From positions 26,644-90,643 of the forward strand of contig CALZIJ010000008.1 of the NCBI GenBank assembly GCA_945787655.1: a stretch of 64,000 bases of DNA, written 5' to 3'. The stretch is from Nitrospiria bacterium (lineage in GTDB: Bacteria; Nitrospirota; Nitrospiria; SBBL01; JAADHI01). Positions 9,317 through 17,269 of the stretch are shown here, piece after piece; position 1 is the stretch's first letter; each line of letters begins with the position of its first letter. A program made the position numbers and the translations under genes. A model generated the notes under the pieces. That model had not been told where the DNA came from. It saw only the letters and a list, made by a program, of their open reading frames with translations, and did no database searches.

Positions 9317-10840
9317 TTAAAAGCTATACTTGATTTCGAAAAATATCCGATCCCGGTTGACAAAAGTCCCGACAAACTGGAAAAGCCGGTCATTTGCCGG
9401 GGCAGCCAAATCCGGCAGCAATGTCTCTTCATGTCCAAAGAAAAAATCCCCGCCCAAAGCCAGTTGGATATTATCCGTCAAGCGATAACTCGCTTTGGGT
9501 TTAAGTAAGATTTCTTCATTATTAATTAAGTAGAGGAAAAACACCTGACCGGTTAGTGCTCCCGAAATAAAGGTTTTTCTGGTAAAAAAACTGATAAAAG
9601 TATCGTATTGGTCCTGAAAGAAAACGGCTTTATGGTCAAAGATGATCCACTGGGATATCGCCAATGAATATTCATATCCAAACAGGCTGCTATCCACTTC
9701 GAGCCCCCATCGTATATGGTCTCTCTTTAAAGCGCCGTCGTGGTCCAATAGGTTATCTCCATCCAGATCCGCCAACCGGGTTCCAAAATATTTTCCGACA
9801 ATGTAGGATGCTTCTCCCTTTAATATGAAACTTTTTAGATTCGCCATAATTGCCGTTCCAAAAATGTGCATTCTTTTAAATTGCGGTTGGAAGACAGGCC
9901 CGCAATCAGGATCGGTTATTGGCTGATCAAACTGCAAGGCTGTCGGAATGCATTTTTGTGGAGGAGTTACAAACCTAAACCCTGTATATTTTCGAAACGG
10001 TGTAGGAAAGTCATCCCAGGTATAAAAATAGCTAAATGCCAAATCGAGCCCTTGGAATATCCTTTTAATACGAAATCCAGCTTCAGAATTTCTAAATGTT
10101 TGGGGAGGCTCTTTTTGACCTGGTAGTTCCTGAAACAATTCCCACTCCGAACCCGGTGGGGCCGGCTTATGCGGTGTAATTTCAGGAATCCACAATGCCT
10201 CGATTTGATATGATCCTGTATAATAATTCGCTTTGAGTGTCCAGAGCGGTATACGAAAATCGATTAAATCCGGCAGGATAAATTCTCTGAAATTGAGTGG
10301 GTTGATTTCATCAAGGATACGGAATCCAAGTAATTGTTCCCATATAATAATCTGCCGGCCTATCCTGAGATCCAGATTATCTATAGACCAATCCAGATAA
10401 AGCTCCCGGTATTCAACGAGTATCCTTTCATCTTCCTCAGCGCGCTGAGAGACAAAGGCCAAAGGCAGATTAGGGTCATTGGGAGGATTTACTGTGTCAT
10501 AGTCTGCAAAGAGATAAACAGCATCATACCAAGTCCAACCGGAAGCATATAATTTTAAATCTTGTGACAGATCCGCACTGCCTTCCAAATAGAGAATATT
10601 CCTGATTTTAGTAAAAGATACAGGTTCTCTAATTCGAAATGCGGTCTCATTTTTTAAATATCCCCCCCAGCTATAGGAAGGAAATCCATCTATATCCGCT
10701 GCCCACAATTTTATTGGGGGAAATAAAAAAAAAATGATAAAAATTAAGCATGAATACAATAATTCCGTCCCTATTCTCATACCATTCATTTTAACAGAAA
10801 AAACCAAGAACGGAGACTGGGAAAAGGACATTTTGGACAA
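9317..10840 (-). CDS. DUF1302-like outer-membrane beta-barrel protein
   Basis: The signal peptide ends ...PPIKLWA/AD; the true start may be the internal Met at 10789 or 10780. The motif YRELYLDW..DNLDLRIGRQIIIWEQ...ILDEINPLN matches my memory of the DUF1302/alginate-export style motif RxGRQxxxWGE...inP. The C-terminus is ...FFEIKYSF. Confidence 0.6.
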   Translation of the reverse strand: MSKMSFSQSPFLVFSVKMNGMRIGTELLYSCLIFIIFFLFPPIKLWAADIDGFPSYSWGGYLKNETAFRIREPVSFTKIRNILYLEGSADLSQDLKLYASGWTWYDAVYLFADYDTVNPPNDPNLPLAFVSQRAEEDERILVEYRELYLDWSIDNLDLRIGRQIIIWEQLLGFRILDEINPLNFREFILPDLIDFRIPLWTLKANYYTGSYQIEALWIPEITPHKPAPPGSEWELFQELPGQKEPPQTFRNSEAGFRIKRIFQGLDLAFSYFYTWDDFPTPFRKYTGFRFVTPPQKCIPTALQFDQPITDPDCGPVFQPQFKRMHIFGTAIMANLKSFILKGEASYIVGKYFGTRLADLDGDNLLDHDGALKRDHIRWGLEVDSSLFGYEYSLAISQWIIFDHKAVFFQDQYDTFISFFTRKTFISGALTGQVFFLYLINNEEILLKPKASYRLTDNIQLALGGDFFFGHEETLLPDLAAPANDRLFQFVGTFVNRDRIFFEIKYSF

Positions 10841-10892
10841 TGAGAACCGGTATAATTTTTACAGAAATCAGAATAGACCTTAAGGATATCTC

Positions 10893-10947
10893 AACAAAAA
10901 AAGGGTCTATGGATAAAATCATGTTTTGATTTCGTCCATAGACCCTT
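10893..10947 (-). terminator. Intrinsic terminator/attenuator inside the locus
   Basis: A perfect 13-bp inverted repeat, aagggtctatgga (10901-10913) / tccatagaccctt (10935-10947). On the minus strand it is followed by TTTTTTTGTT. It sits between the 216-aa gene and the DUF1302-like gene. Confidence 0.6.
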
Positions 10948-10968
10948 GGAATACTGATATGGTAGATA

Positions 10969-11619
10969 TTAGAAGTTTTGGTTCACAACAGCCGGGCTAC
11001 CTGTATCAAACAAAATACTTGAGCTAAATCCAGGTGTTCCAGGATCGCTTACCAGCTGATCAATACTCGTTGTAAAACCACCCGTACCATCTGGGGTCAG
11101 GGTTAAGTCATTACGATCCAAGCCTTGGCTGGGATCTAAAATGCTTTGCGTAACATTGATATCGGTTCCAACTAAATCAGCTTCTGTTCCTGTTCTTGCA
11201 ATGATATTCAGGTTATCCATTCTAACCAATACATCAACGGAAGGGACTCCGAGAGAATCTGTTGCTGCCTTAAGGCTTTGCTTAAACGTAATGTTATTGG
11301 TTGAAGTCGTTGTCGTCGCACCCGTAATAGCACCACCCGGGGTAAACGTTTCCTGAATAAACTCTGAACCTGTTGAGCCATCCGGTTTACTCCGGATAAT
11401 CATGTGGTTTAAAAGTTCCGTTCCAATCACGACTTGTTCTTGAAAAAATGTACTGTCACCAACACTTTCAAAAAGCCGGTTGGTCCCACCTGTAATTCCG
11501 CAAGTGGCCTGGCTGTTACAAGTGCCATCGTTAAACGACGTTGTTTGTGCTTCCACCATACCGGCAGACAAAAGGATACCCAAGCTTAATACACCCAGGA
11601 TTTTAAATTTTGATTTCAT
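10969..11619 (-). CDS. Small secreted protein, paralogue family member A (216 aa)
   Basis: Strong RBS (AGGAGG). Signal peptide MKSKFKILGVLSLGILLSAGMVEA/Q. It shares the motifs FFQEQV, SEFIQETF and ITFKQSL with the 242-aa neighbour. The mature part has two Cys. It ends ...VVNQNF. Confidence 0.7.
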   Translation of the reverse strand: MKSKFKILGVLSLGILLSAGMVEAQTTSFNDGTCNSQATCGITGGTNRLFESVGDSTFFQEQVVIGTELLNHMIIRSKPDGSTGSEFIQETFTPGGAITGATTTTSTNNITFKQSLKAATDSLGVPSVDVLVRMDNLNIIARTGTEADLVGTDINVTQSILDPSQGLDRNDLTLTPDGTGGFTTSIDQLVSDPGTPGFSSSILFDTGSPAVVNQNF

Positions 11620-11668
11620 TATTTATACCTCCTAATCAATGCGTTTTCCCAATTTAATCCTGCTGTCA

Positions 11669-12397
11669 TTATGGCCCTTGAACAATCACAGGGGAACCAC
11701 CGGTTGTAAAGTCCATATTTTGACTAAACACAGACACTCCAAGGCCGTCAACTACATTGACCTCTTGGGAAATGGTGGTACAGAAAGAAGCAGTCGCTCC
11801 GCATGAAGGGTCTGTTACTTCTTGACCTTTCACAGTGAAATTCGGAAGGATATCAACATTTGTAAAACTTAACCCTCCAGCCTGGCCCGAAATCGCAGCC
11901 GAACCATCGACCTGCTGATGAATGTGAATATCCTGCCCTGGATCCAGACTGGATGTCGTTGAAAAACCAGGACCACTCAAGGTTTGCCTAAATGAAATAC
12001 TGGTTTGAGCTGGGGCGGGGGTCACCGGAGCCGTCGTGTTATTTTGGTTGGTCGGACTCCGTTGAGACCCCATCAAAACAAAGGATTCCTGAATAAAGGA
12101 GCTTCCGACTGCAGAAGCTTCCATCACAGAGTGCACAGCCAGTTCGGGACCAGAACCGACATCAATGTTCACAAATTCCTGAGTAAAGAAACTTCCACTA
12201 CCCATTGTACCCTCTGAGACAACCAATTGCCCTGAAAGTGGGACTCCGCTTCCATCTATTCCAGAGTGAACAAATGGAAAAGGAGAGGGATTATCGCTAA
12301 ACGAAGGTGCCCCAACCTGGGCTTCAGACTTTCCGTATCCTGAAGCAATCAGAACACCTGATATTAATAGGAAGATTATTCCTTTTTTCAGATTCAT
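11669..12397 (-). CDS. Small secreted protein, paralogue family member B (242 aa)
   Basis: Strong RBS (AAGGAGG). The signal peptide ends ...GKSEA/Q. Motifs FFTQEFV, SSFIQESF and ISFRQTL are collinear with member A. The mature part has two Cys. Confidence 0.7.
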   Translation of the reverse strand: MNLKKGIIFLLISGVLIASGYGKSEAQVGAPSFSDNPSPFPFVHSGIDGSGVPLSGQLVVSEGTMGSGSFFTQEFVNIDVGSGPELAVHSVMEASAVGSSFIQESFVLMGSQRSPTNQNNTTAPVTPAPAQTSISFRQTLSGPGFSTTSSLDPGQDIHIHQQVDGSAAISGQAGGLSFTNVDILPNFTVKGQEVTDPSCGATASFCTTISQEVNVVDGLGVSVFSQNMDFTTGGSPVIVQGP

Positions 12398-12464
12398 ACC
12401 TTACCTCCTTTTAGTAAAAAAACAAGACAAAAACCACGTTACTACAAAAAAAAAAATTTTTCAA

Positions 12465-13577
12465 TCAAAATCCACCAAAACCACCACCCCCGCCGCCACT
12501 GCCATTCGGGAAATTAGTAGACAAACCGCTGCTAAAAGAATCACTCCCACTACCGCCCCATCGCTCCCAGTTAATCGGGGTGAGCTGGAAGTTATCGTCA
12601 TCGTGAACAGGAATCAAAGATCGGACTGAACTCGCCGCTCCACCGCCGGAACACCCGTCTCGAGTGCCCCGATCACTATTAAAATTAAAATTGCCTCTGT
12701 CGGCTGGATCGTTAAAATCATTACATCGGCTAAAATTAAGTAACTGGTTGTTGACGGGATCGACTATTTTGACCGCTTCCAGGTCATTCCACCAATCAAT
12801 CGTCCCATTACTTGGGCTTCCACCCCCAAAACCACCCCCGCCCCCGCCACCGGCAGGTATACTTACGGCGACATCATGAGAAAGATCTCCCGGGCTTAAG
12901 GTAAAATTTTGACTTTGTGTAATATCTAATGGCATCACACCTGCGAAGCTGGTCATCCAAACCCCGATATCCTGGCGCACCAGCACTTTCCCGGACGCAC
13001 TGTCAAAAAAAGGCACTTGACGAAAATGCATGTCCATCTGGTTTAGGCCGTTTGTCAGCTGCGCCACTTTCCTTTCTGTAATATCGGAATGAATACTCAC
13101 AGGCTGCCGGAAGCTGTCTATGACTGTTTTTTCTGTCAAGCCAAAGGCCGGGTCTGTGATTTCCTGACTGAAAATCAAGTTTCCCTCCGGGTCGTTGGTA
13201 CTGCCGGAACCAAATTTCGTATAACTCTCCATCGTAAAATCAGAGGAAGACATGCTTTGAAAAAAGAAACTTTCTCCACTGGAATTCGTCACCTTTCCCT
13301 GGGTAAATCCGGGGCTTTGCATCACATCTTCGACAACAAGCCCGGACACAGTTGCTGGATCAGTACCCCAAGGGGCAGGCGCATCAGATGCGAGGGGGGT
13401 TACAGTCGCTGCGGGAAGGGTTCTTGTAATGTTTCCACCTCCACCTCCACCTCCGCCTCCAAACTGCGCATAGGCCGGGGAAACGGAAACTATTGCAACC
13501 ACAGCAAACACCGGAAATAGTAGCGTATTTTTGTTTTTAAACCATTTTGTTGTATTTTGAAACGGCAACATACGCAC
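12465..13577 (-). CDS. Glycine-tract secreted protein, distant member C of the same family (370 aa)
   Basis: The signal peptide ends ...VSPAYA/QF. The start could be the ATG at 13571. Poly-Gly runs occur right after the cleavage site (QFGGGGGGGG), internally (AGGGGGGGFGGG) and at the C-terminus (GSGGGGGGFGGF). Motifs FFFQSM, LIFSQEI and FRQPV echo members A and B. Confidence 0.65.
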   Translation of the reverse strand: MRMLPFQNTTKWFKNKNTLLFPVFAVVAIVSVSPAYAQFGGGGGGGGGNITRTLPAATVTPLASDAPAPWGTDPATVSGLVVEDVMQSPGFTQGKVTNSSGESFFFQSMSSSDFTMESYTKFGSGSTNDPEGNLIFSQEITDPAFGLTEKTVIDSFRQPVSIHSDITERKVAQLTNGLNQMDMHFRQVPFFDSASGKVLVRQDIGVWMTSFAGVMPLDITQSQNFTLSPGDLSHDVAVSIPAGGGGGGGFGGGSPSNGTIDWWNDLEAVKIVDPVNNQLLNFSRCNDFNDPADRGNFNFNSDRGTRDGCSGGGAASSVRSLIPVHDDDNFQLTPINWERWGGSGSDSFSSGLSTNFPNGSGGGGGGFGGF

Positions 13578-13833
13578 ACTCGCATTTTGTCTCCCTTTGG
13601 TTAAAAAGAAGATGGAATAAGTACGGCTAAAACAGTCATTTTCTCCTTGATTCTCTCTACATATTTACAACAATTACTACTTTATTGCCAATATATACAA
13701 GGAAGCTTACCCTAGAAACGAGATAATGTCAATCACCAACATAACAAAAAAGTAATATTTTTTATCTTTTATAAATAATTCAAAATTCTATCTATCCACA
13801 GTTTAACTCTAAATTTGCTCATTTTTCCATATT

Positions 13834-14748
13834 TCACTTAAAAAGTCCAGAAATAAATGCATTTGAGTCAAAGGGAATCACATCCTCCATCCCTTCCCCA
13901 ACACCGACATAAAGAACCGGAACCGAAAGGAGTTCAACTACTGGGATGACAATTCCCCCTTTTCCCGTTCCATCCAGTTTGGTCAGTACAACCCCCGTCA
14001 AACCAATCGCTTTTTGAAAATGCTCCGCTTGGGAAAATGCATTCTGGCCAGTTGTCGCGTCTAATACGAGAATCTTCTCATGAGGAGCCTCCGGAATCAG
14101 CTTTGAGATCACCCGGGTCATTTTTTTCAACTCTTCCATCAGATTGTGTTTTGTTTGCAAACGGCCCGCAGTATCGATAAATACATGATCTACACCACGT
14201 GCTTTGGCCGCACTAACGGCGTCATAGGCCACTGCGGAAGGATCAGCTTCGCCGTTATGGCGAATCACATCAGCACCTACGCGCTCTCCCCAAATGGAAA
14301 GTTGATTCGCCGCACCTGCCCGAAATGTATCTGCTGCCGCCAATAAAACCTTTTTGCCTTCCAATTTTAACTGATACGCTATCTTACCAATGGAAGTGGT
14401 TTTTCCAACACCGTTTACGCCAACAAAGAGCGTGACTGCAGGGGCGGGTAAAGTTTTTTTTGAAGGGGGAAGTTTTTGAAAAACTTCAGAAAGTGAGTTC
14501 GCGATCTTCTCTTTTAAGGCCTCTAGACTGAGGTTTTCTTTTCGGTCTGCCGAGGCCTTTAAATCTGTAATAATGCGCTGACTAATATGGACACCCAAAT
14601 CCGCGCCAATCAACAGTTCTTCCAAAGCATCGAGGGTGTCACCGTCGATACTCCCCTTTCGAGCAAAAATCCGCTCCAGCCCGGAGGAAAAATAGGACCG
14701 TGTTTTTGATAAGGCAGAACTGGTCTTATTCCAAAATCCATTCGACAT
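13834..14748 (-). CDS. ftsY: Signal recognition particle receptor FtsY
   Basis: GVNGVGKTTSIGK P-loop, DTAGR, and TKLDG..KGG SRP-GTPase motifs. Confidence 0.92.
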   Translation of the reverse strand: MSNGFWNKTSSALSKTRSYFSSGLERIFARKGSIDGDTLDALEELLIGADLGVHISQRIITDLKASADRKENLSLEALKEKIANSLSEVFQKLPPSKKTLPAPAVTLFVGVNGVGKTTSIGKIAYQLKLEGKKVLLAAADTFRAGAANQLSIWGERVGADVIRHNGEADPSAVAYDAVSAAKARGVDHVFIDTAGRLQTKHNLMEELKKMTRVISKLIPEAPHEKILVLDATTGQNAFSQAEHFQKAIGLTGVVLTKLDGTGKGGIVIPVVELLSVPVLYVGVGEGMEDVIPFDSNAFISGLFK

Positions 14749-14753
14749 TCAAG

Positions 14754-15191
14754 CTACCTTTTGACCCTTTCCAAGATATAGCGTTCCCGGCGTTTCATTT
14801 TTTTTTCATCGTTTACAGACCGTTCATGATCATAGCCCAACAAATGCAAAATGCCATGAATCAGCAGGATCAGAAGCTGTTCATGCATGTCCCTTTGATC
14901 CCTTATGGATTCAAATTCTGTCATTTCAAGAGAGATCATCACATCCCCCAAAAATTCAGGGTGTAAATCCCCTCCCACCCCTTCACGCATCGGGAAAGAC
15001 AACACATCCGTCGGCCGGTCAATTTGACGATAGTCCCGGTTATAAGTGCGAATACGACGATTATTGACAAAAACAATGGAGACTTCGCCATCGTTTATTT
15101 TTTGTAACAGTAATATCTGGCGGACCCAATCATTGATTTGTTGTGTATTAACGGGGTATTTGCGCTGTCTGTTTAATATTGAAATTTCCAT
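14754..15191 (-). CDS. ybeY: rRNA maturation endoribonuclease YbeY
   Basis: HGILHLLGYDH zinc-binding motif. It has the expected size and lies directly after phoH. Confidence 0.9.
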   Translation of the reverse strand: MEISILNRQRKYPVNTQQINDWVRQILLLQKINDGEVSIVFVNNRRIRTYNRDYRQIDRPTDVLSFPMREGVGGDLHPEFLGDVMISLEMTEFESIRDQRDMHEQLLILLIHGILHLLGYDHERSVNDEKKMKRRERYILERVKR

Positions 15192-16207
15192 TAACGCCCT
15201 TCCAATGGAGCATTCCCGTCTTTATTTCCAGATTTTGTGCTCTGATATTTGACATAGGCCTCGATGATTTCCTGAACCAAATGGTGACGCACAACGTCTT
15301 TTCCAGCAAAGTACGTAAACTGGATCCCCCGCACCTCTTCCAAAATCTTTTGAATTTCGATCAGGCCGGACACTTCGCCTTGAGGCAAGTCTATTTGAGT
15401 CACGTCACCAGTAATCACTGCTTTGGACCGAAATCCCAAACGCGTTAAAAACATCTTCATCTGCATAGAGGTTGCATTTTGGGCTTCATCCAATATGACA
15501 AATGCGTCATTTAATGTTCTTCCCCGCATAAAAGCCAGGGGGGCGATTTCGATGTCTCCACGCTCCAACAGCCGGTTGACATGATCGACTTCCATCATTT
15601 CGTATAAGGCATCATAAAGCGGTCGTAAATACGGATTGACTTTTTCCACCAATGTGCCCGGCAAAAAGCCTAAATTCTCACCGGCTTCAACCGCGGGCCG
15701 CACCAGAATAATACGCTCCACCTGCTTCTTTAAATAAGCTGAAACAGCCATGGCCATGGCCAAGTAGGTTTTTCCCGTTCCGGCGGGACCAATACCCACC
15801 ACGACATCATAACTTTTTATGTGATCCACATATCGCTTCTGGGCAACGGATTTGGGCAAAATCGAATGCTTTTTACCCGAGACAATAATCCGGTCATTTT
15901 CCGTATCAATTTCAGGCTGGACTGTACCATGATTGTCTTCGGAAAGAATAGACTGAATGACCTGATTCACCTCCTCGGTAGTCAGATGATGCGCCTTCAC
16001 TGCACGCTGCATCAGCTCAGAGATCACTGCTTCGGCATTCTCCACACGATCCCGGACCCCAACAACACGGATTTCTTCACCCCGCGCTGTGACTTCAACT
16101 GAAAAAGCATCTTCGATCATTTTAATATGTTGATCGTAACTGCCAAAAAGGGCGAGTTTATCGGCTTCTGATTGGACGGTTATCTTTTTAAGGAAAGGTC
16201 GATTCAA
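15191..16207 (-). CDS. phoH: PhoH-like ATPase (YbeZ)
   Basis: GPAGTGKTYLAMA Walker A, ILDEAQN Walker B, and the conserved phoH-ybeY gene order. Confidence 0.9.
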   Translation of the reverse strand: MNRPFLKKITVQSEADKLALFGSYDQHIKMIEDAFSVEVTARGEEIRVVGVRDRVENAEAVISELMQRAVKAHHLTTEEVNQVIQSILSEDNHGTVQPEIDTENDRIIVSGKKHSILPKSVAQKRYVDHIKSYDVVVGIGPAGTGKTYLAMAMAVSAYLKKQVERIILVRPAVEAGENLGFLPGTLVEKVNPYLRPLYDALYEMMEVDHVNRLLERGDIEIAPLAFMRGRTLNDAFVILDEAQNATSMQMKMFLTRLGFRSKAVITGDVTQIDLPQGEVSGLIEIQKILEEVRGIQFTYFAGKDVVRHHLVQEIIEAYVKYQSTKSGNKDGNAPLEGR

Positions 16208-16233
16208 AGAATTATTGCGAAGAGATCACGTTA

Positions 16234-17238
16234 TCAAGAAGGATTATTAGCTGTTTCAAGCGGGACTTCTCCTCCTGTTTCAGTATAAAGAATCGTTTGT
16301 TTTGTTCCGGTCACCCAACCCATGTTTTGATTGGTAAAATGAACGCCGGTTAAAAATTGAAGGGTGCCGGTGGTTTGCTGCTCCCAGGTTTCCCCGCCAT
16401 CTTTTGTTTGCAATACCGTTCCGCCCGCGCCCACAACCCAGCCATGAAGCTCATCAACAAAAGAGACATCGGTCAGCAAAGAAGTCAAACTGCTTTTTTG
16501 AGGGGTCCAACTGACTCCGGCATCCATCGTCTTGAGAATGATGCCGCCATTTCCAACAATCCAGCCCGTTTGATCATTCACGAAAAAAATGCGGAGCAAG
16601 TCCCTATTGGTTCCCGTTTCCCGCAATGACCAATTTTTACCCCCATTATTCGTGACAAGCAGATTCCCTTTGTGGCCTGTGATCCATCCGTGATCGGGAT
16701 CAGTAAACAAAACCGAATTCATTGTTAAGCGGGAATCTCCCTCGGCCTTCTGCCAATGCAAACCGCCATCATCGGTAGATAGCAGATTGCCTTTAACCCC
16801 GGTCACCCAGCCCTGTTTTTCGTTAATAAAATAAACTGAGGTGAGATCTTTTTTAACACCGCTGGATTGCGGCCCCCAGGTTTTTCCTCCATCGGATGTA
16901 TGTGCAATCAGGCCGCGATCTCCGACCGCCCATCCCAGTTGTTCATTCAGAAAAAAGGTGGAAACAATCAACACCTTTGTCCCCGTTTCCTGGACAACCC
17001 AATCTTTCCCGCCATTTTCTGTGTGCAGAATAACCCCTTTATTACCCGTGACCCAGCCTTTTTTATCATTCAGAAAAAATATCCCGCCCAAAGACGTATC
17101 CACGGGAACCGCTTGTAACTCCCAGCCGGTTGAAATTTCCGATCGATCCGGCATTTCAGGCGGTCTGGGACACCCTGCGATTAAAAACCCCAGAAACACC
17201 CATAATAATGCTTTTGCTTGCGTTTTCGTCAGATTCAT
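16234..17238 (-). CDS. Ycf48/BNR-like beta-propeller lipoprotein
   Basis: The track ORF extends to 17343. I prefer the Met at 17238 (MNLTKTQAKALLWVFLGFLIAGC contains a lipobox). Repeated units read GW.VG..G.I..T.DGG..W. Confidence 0.7.
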   Translation of the reverse strand: MNLTKTQAKALLWVFLGFLIAGCPRPPEMPDRSEISTGWELQAVPVDTSLGGIFFLNDKKGWVTGNKGVILHTENGGKDWVVQETGTKVLIVSTFFLNEQLGWAVGDRGLIAHTSDGGKTWGPQSSGVKKDLTSVYFINEKQGWVTGVKGNLLSTDDGGLHWQKAEGDSRLTMNSVLFTDPDHGWITGHKGNLLVTNNGGKNWSLRETGTNRDLLRIFFVNDQTGWIVGNGGIILKTMDAGVSWTPQKSSLTSLLTDVSFVDELHGWVVGAGGTVLQTKDGGETWEQQTTGTLQFLTGVHFTNQNMGWVTGTKQTILYTETGGEVPLETANNPS

Positions 17239-17269
17239 TTTTTCAGAATTCCACTCTAAGTATCCGCCC

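Noticed and set aside
12465-13577. Gly-tract coding DNA as a slippage-prone tandem repeat or phase switch.
   Set aside because: The tracts use mixed GGN codons (ccacc/cccgcc/tccacc variants) and contain no long perfect repeat unit or homopolymer. Protein-level selection is more likely than slippage.
10969-13577. PEP-CTERM/exosortase cargo idea for the three secreted proteins, prompted by the large TPR protein (PrsT-like).
   Set aside because: None ends with a PEP motif + TM helix + basic tail. No exosortase gene is in the window.
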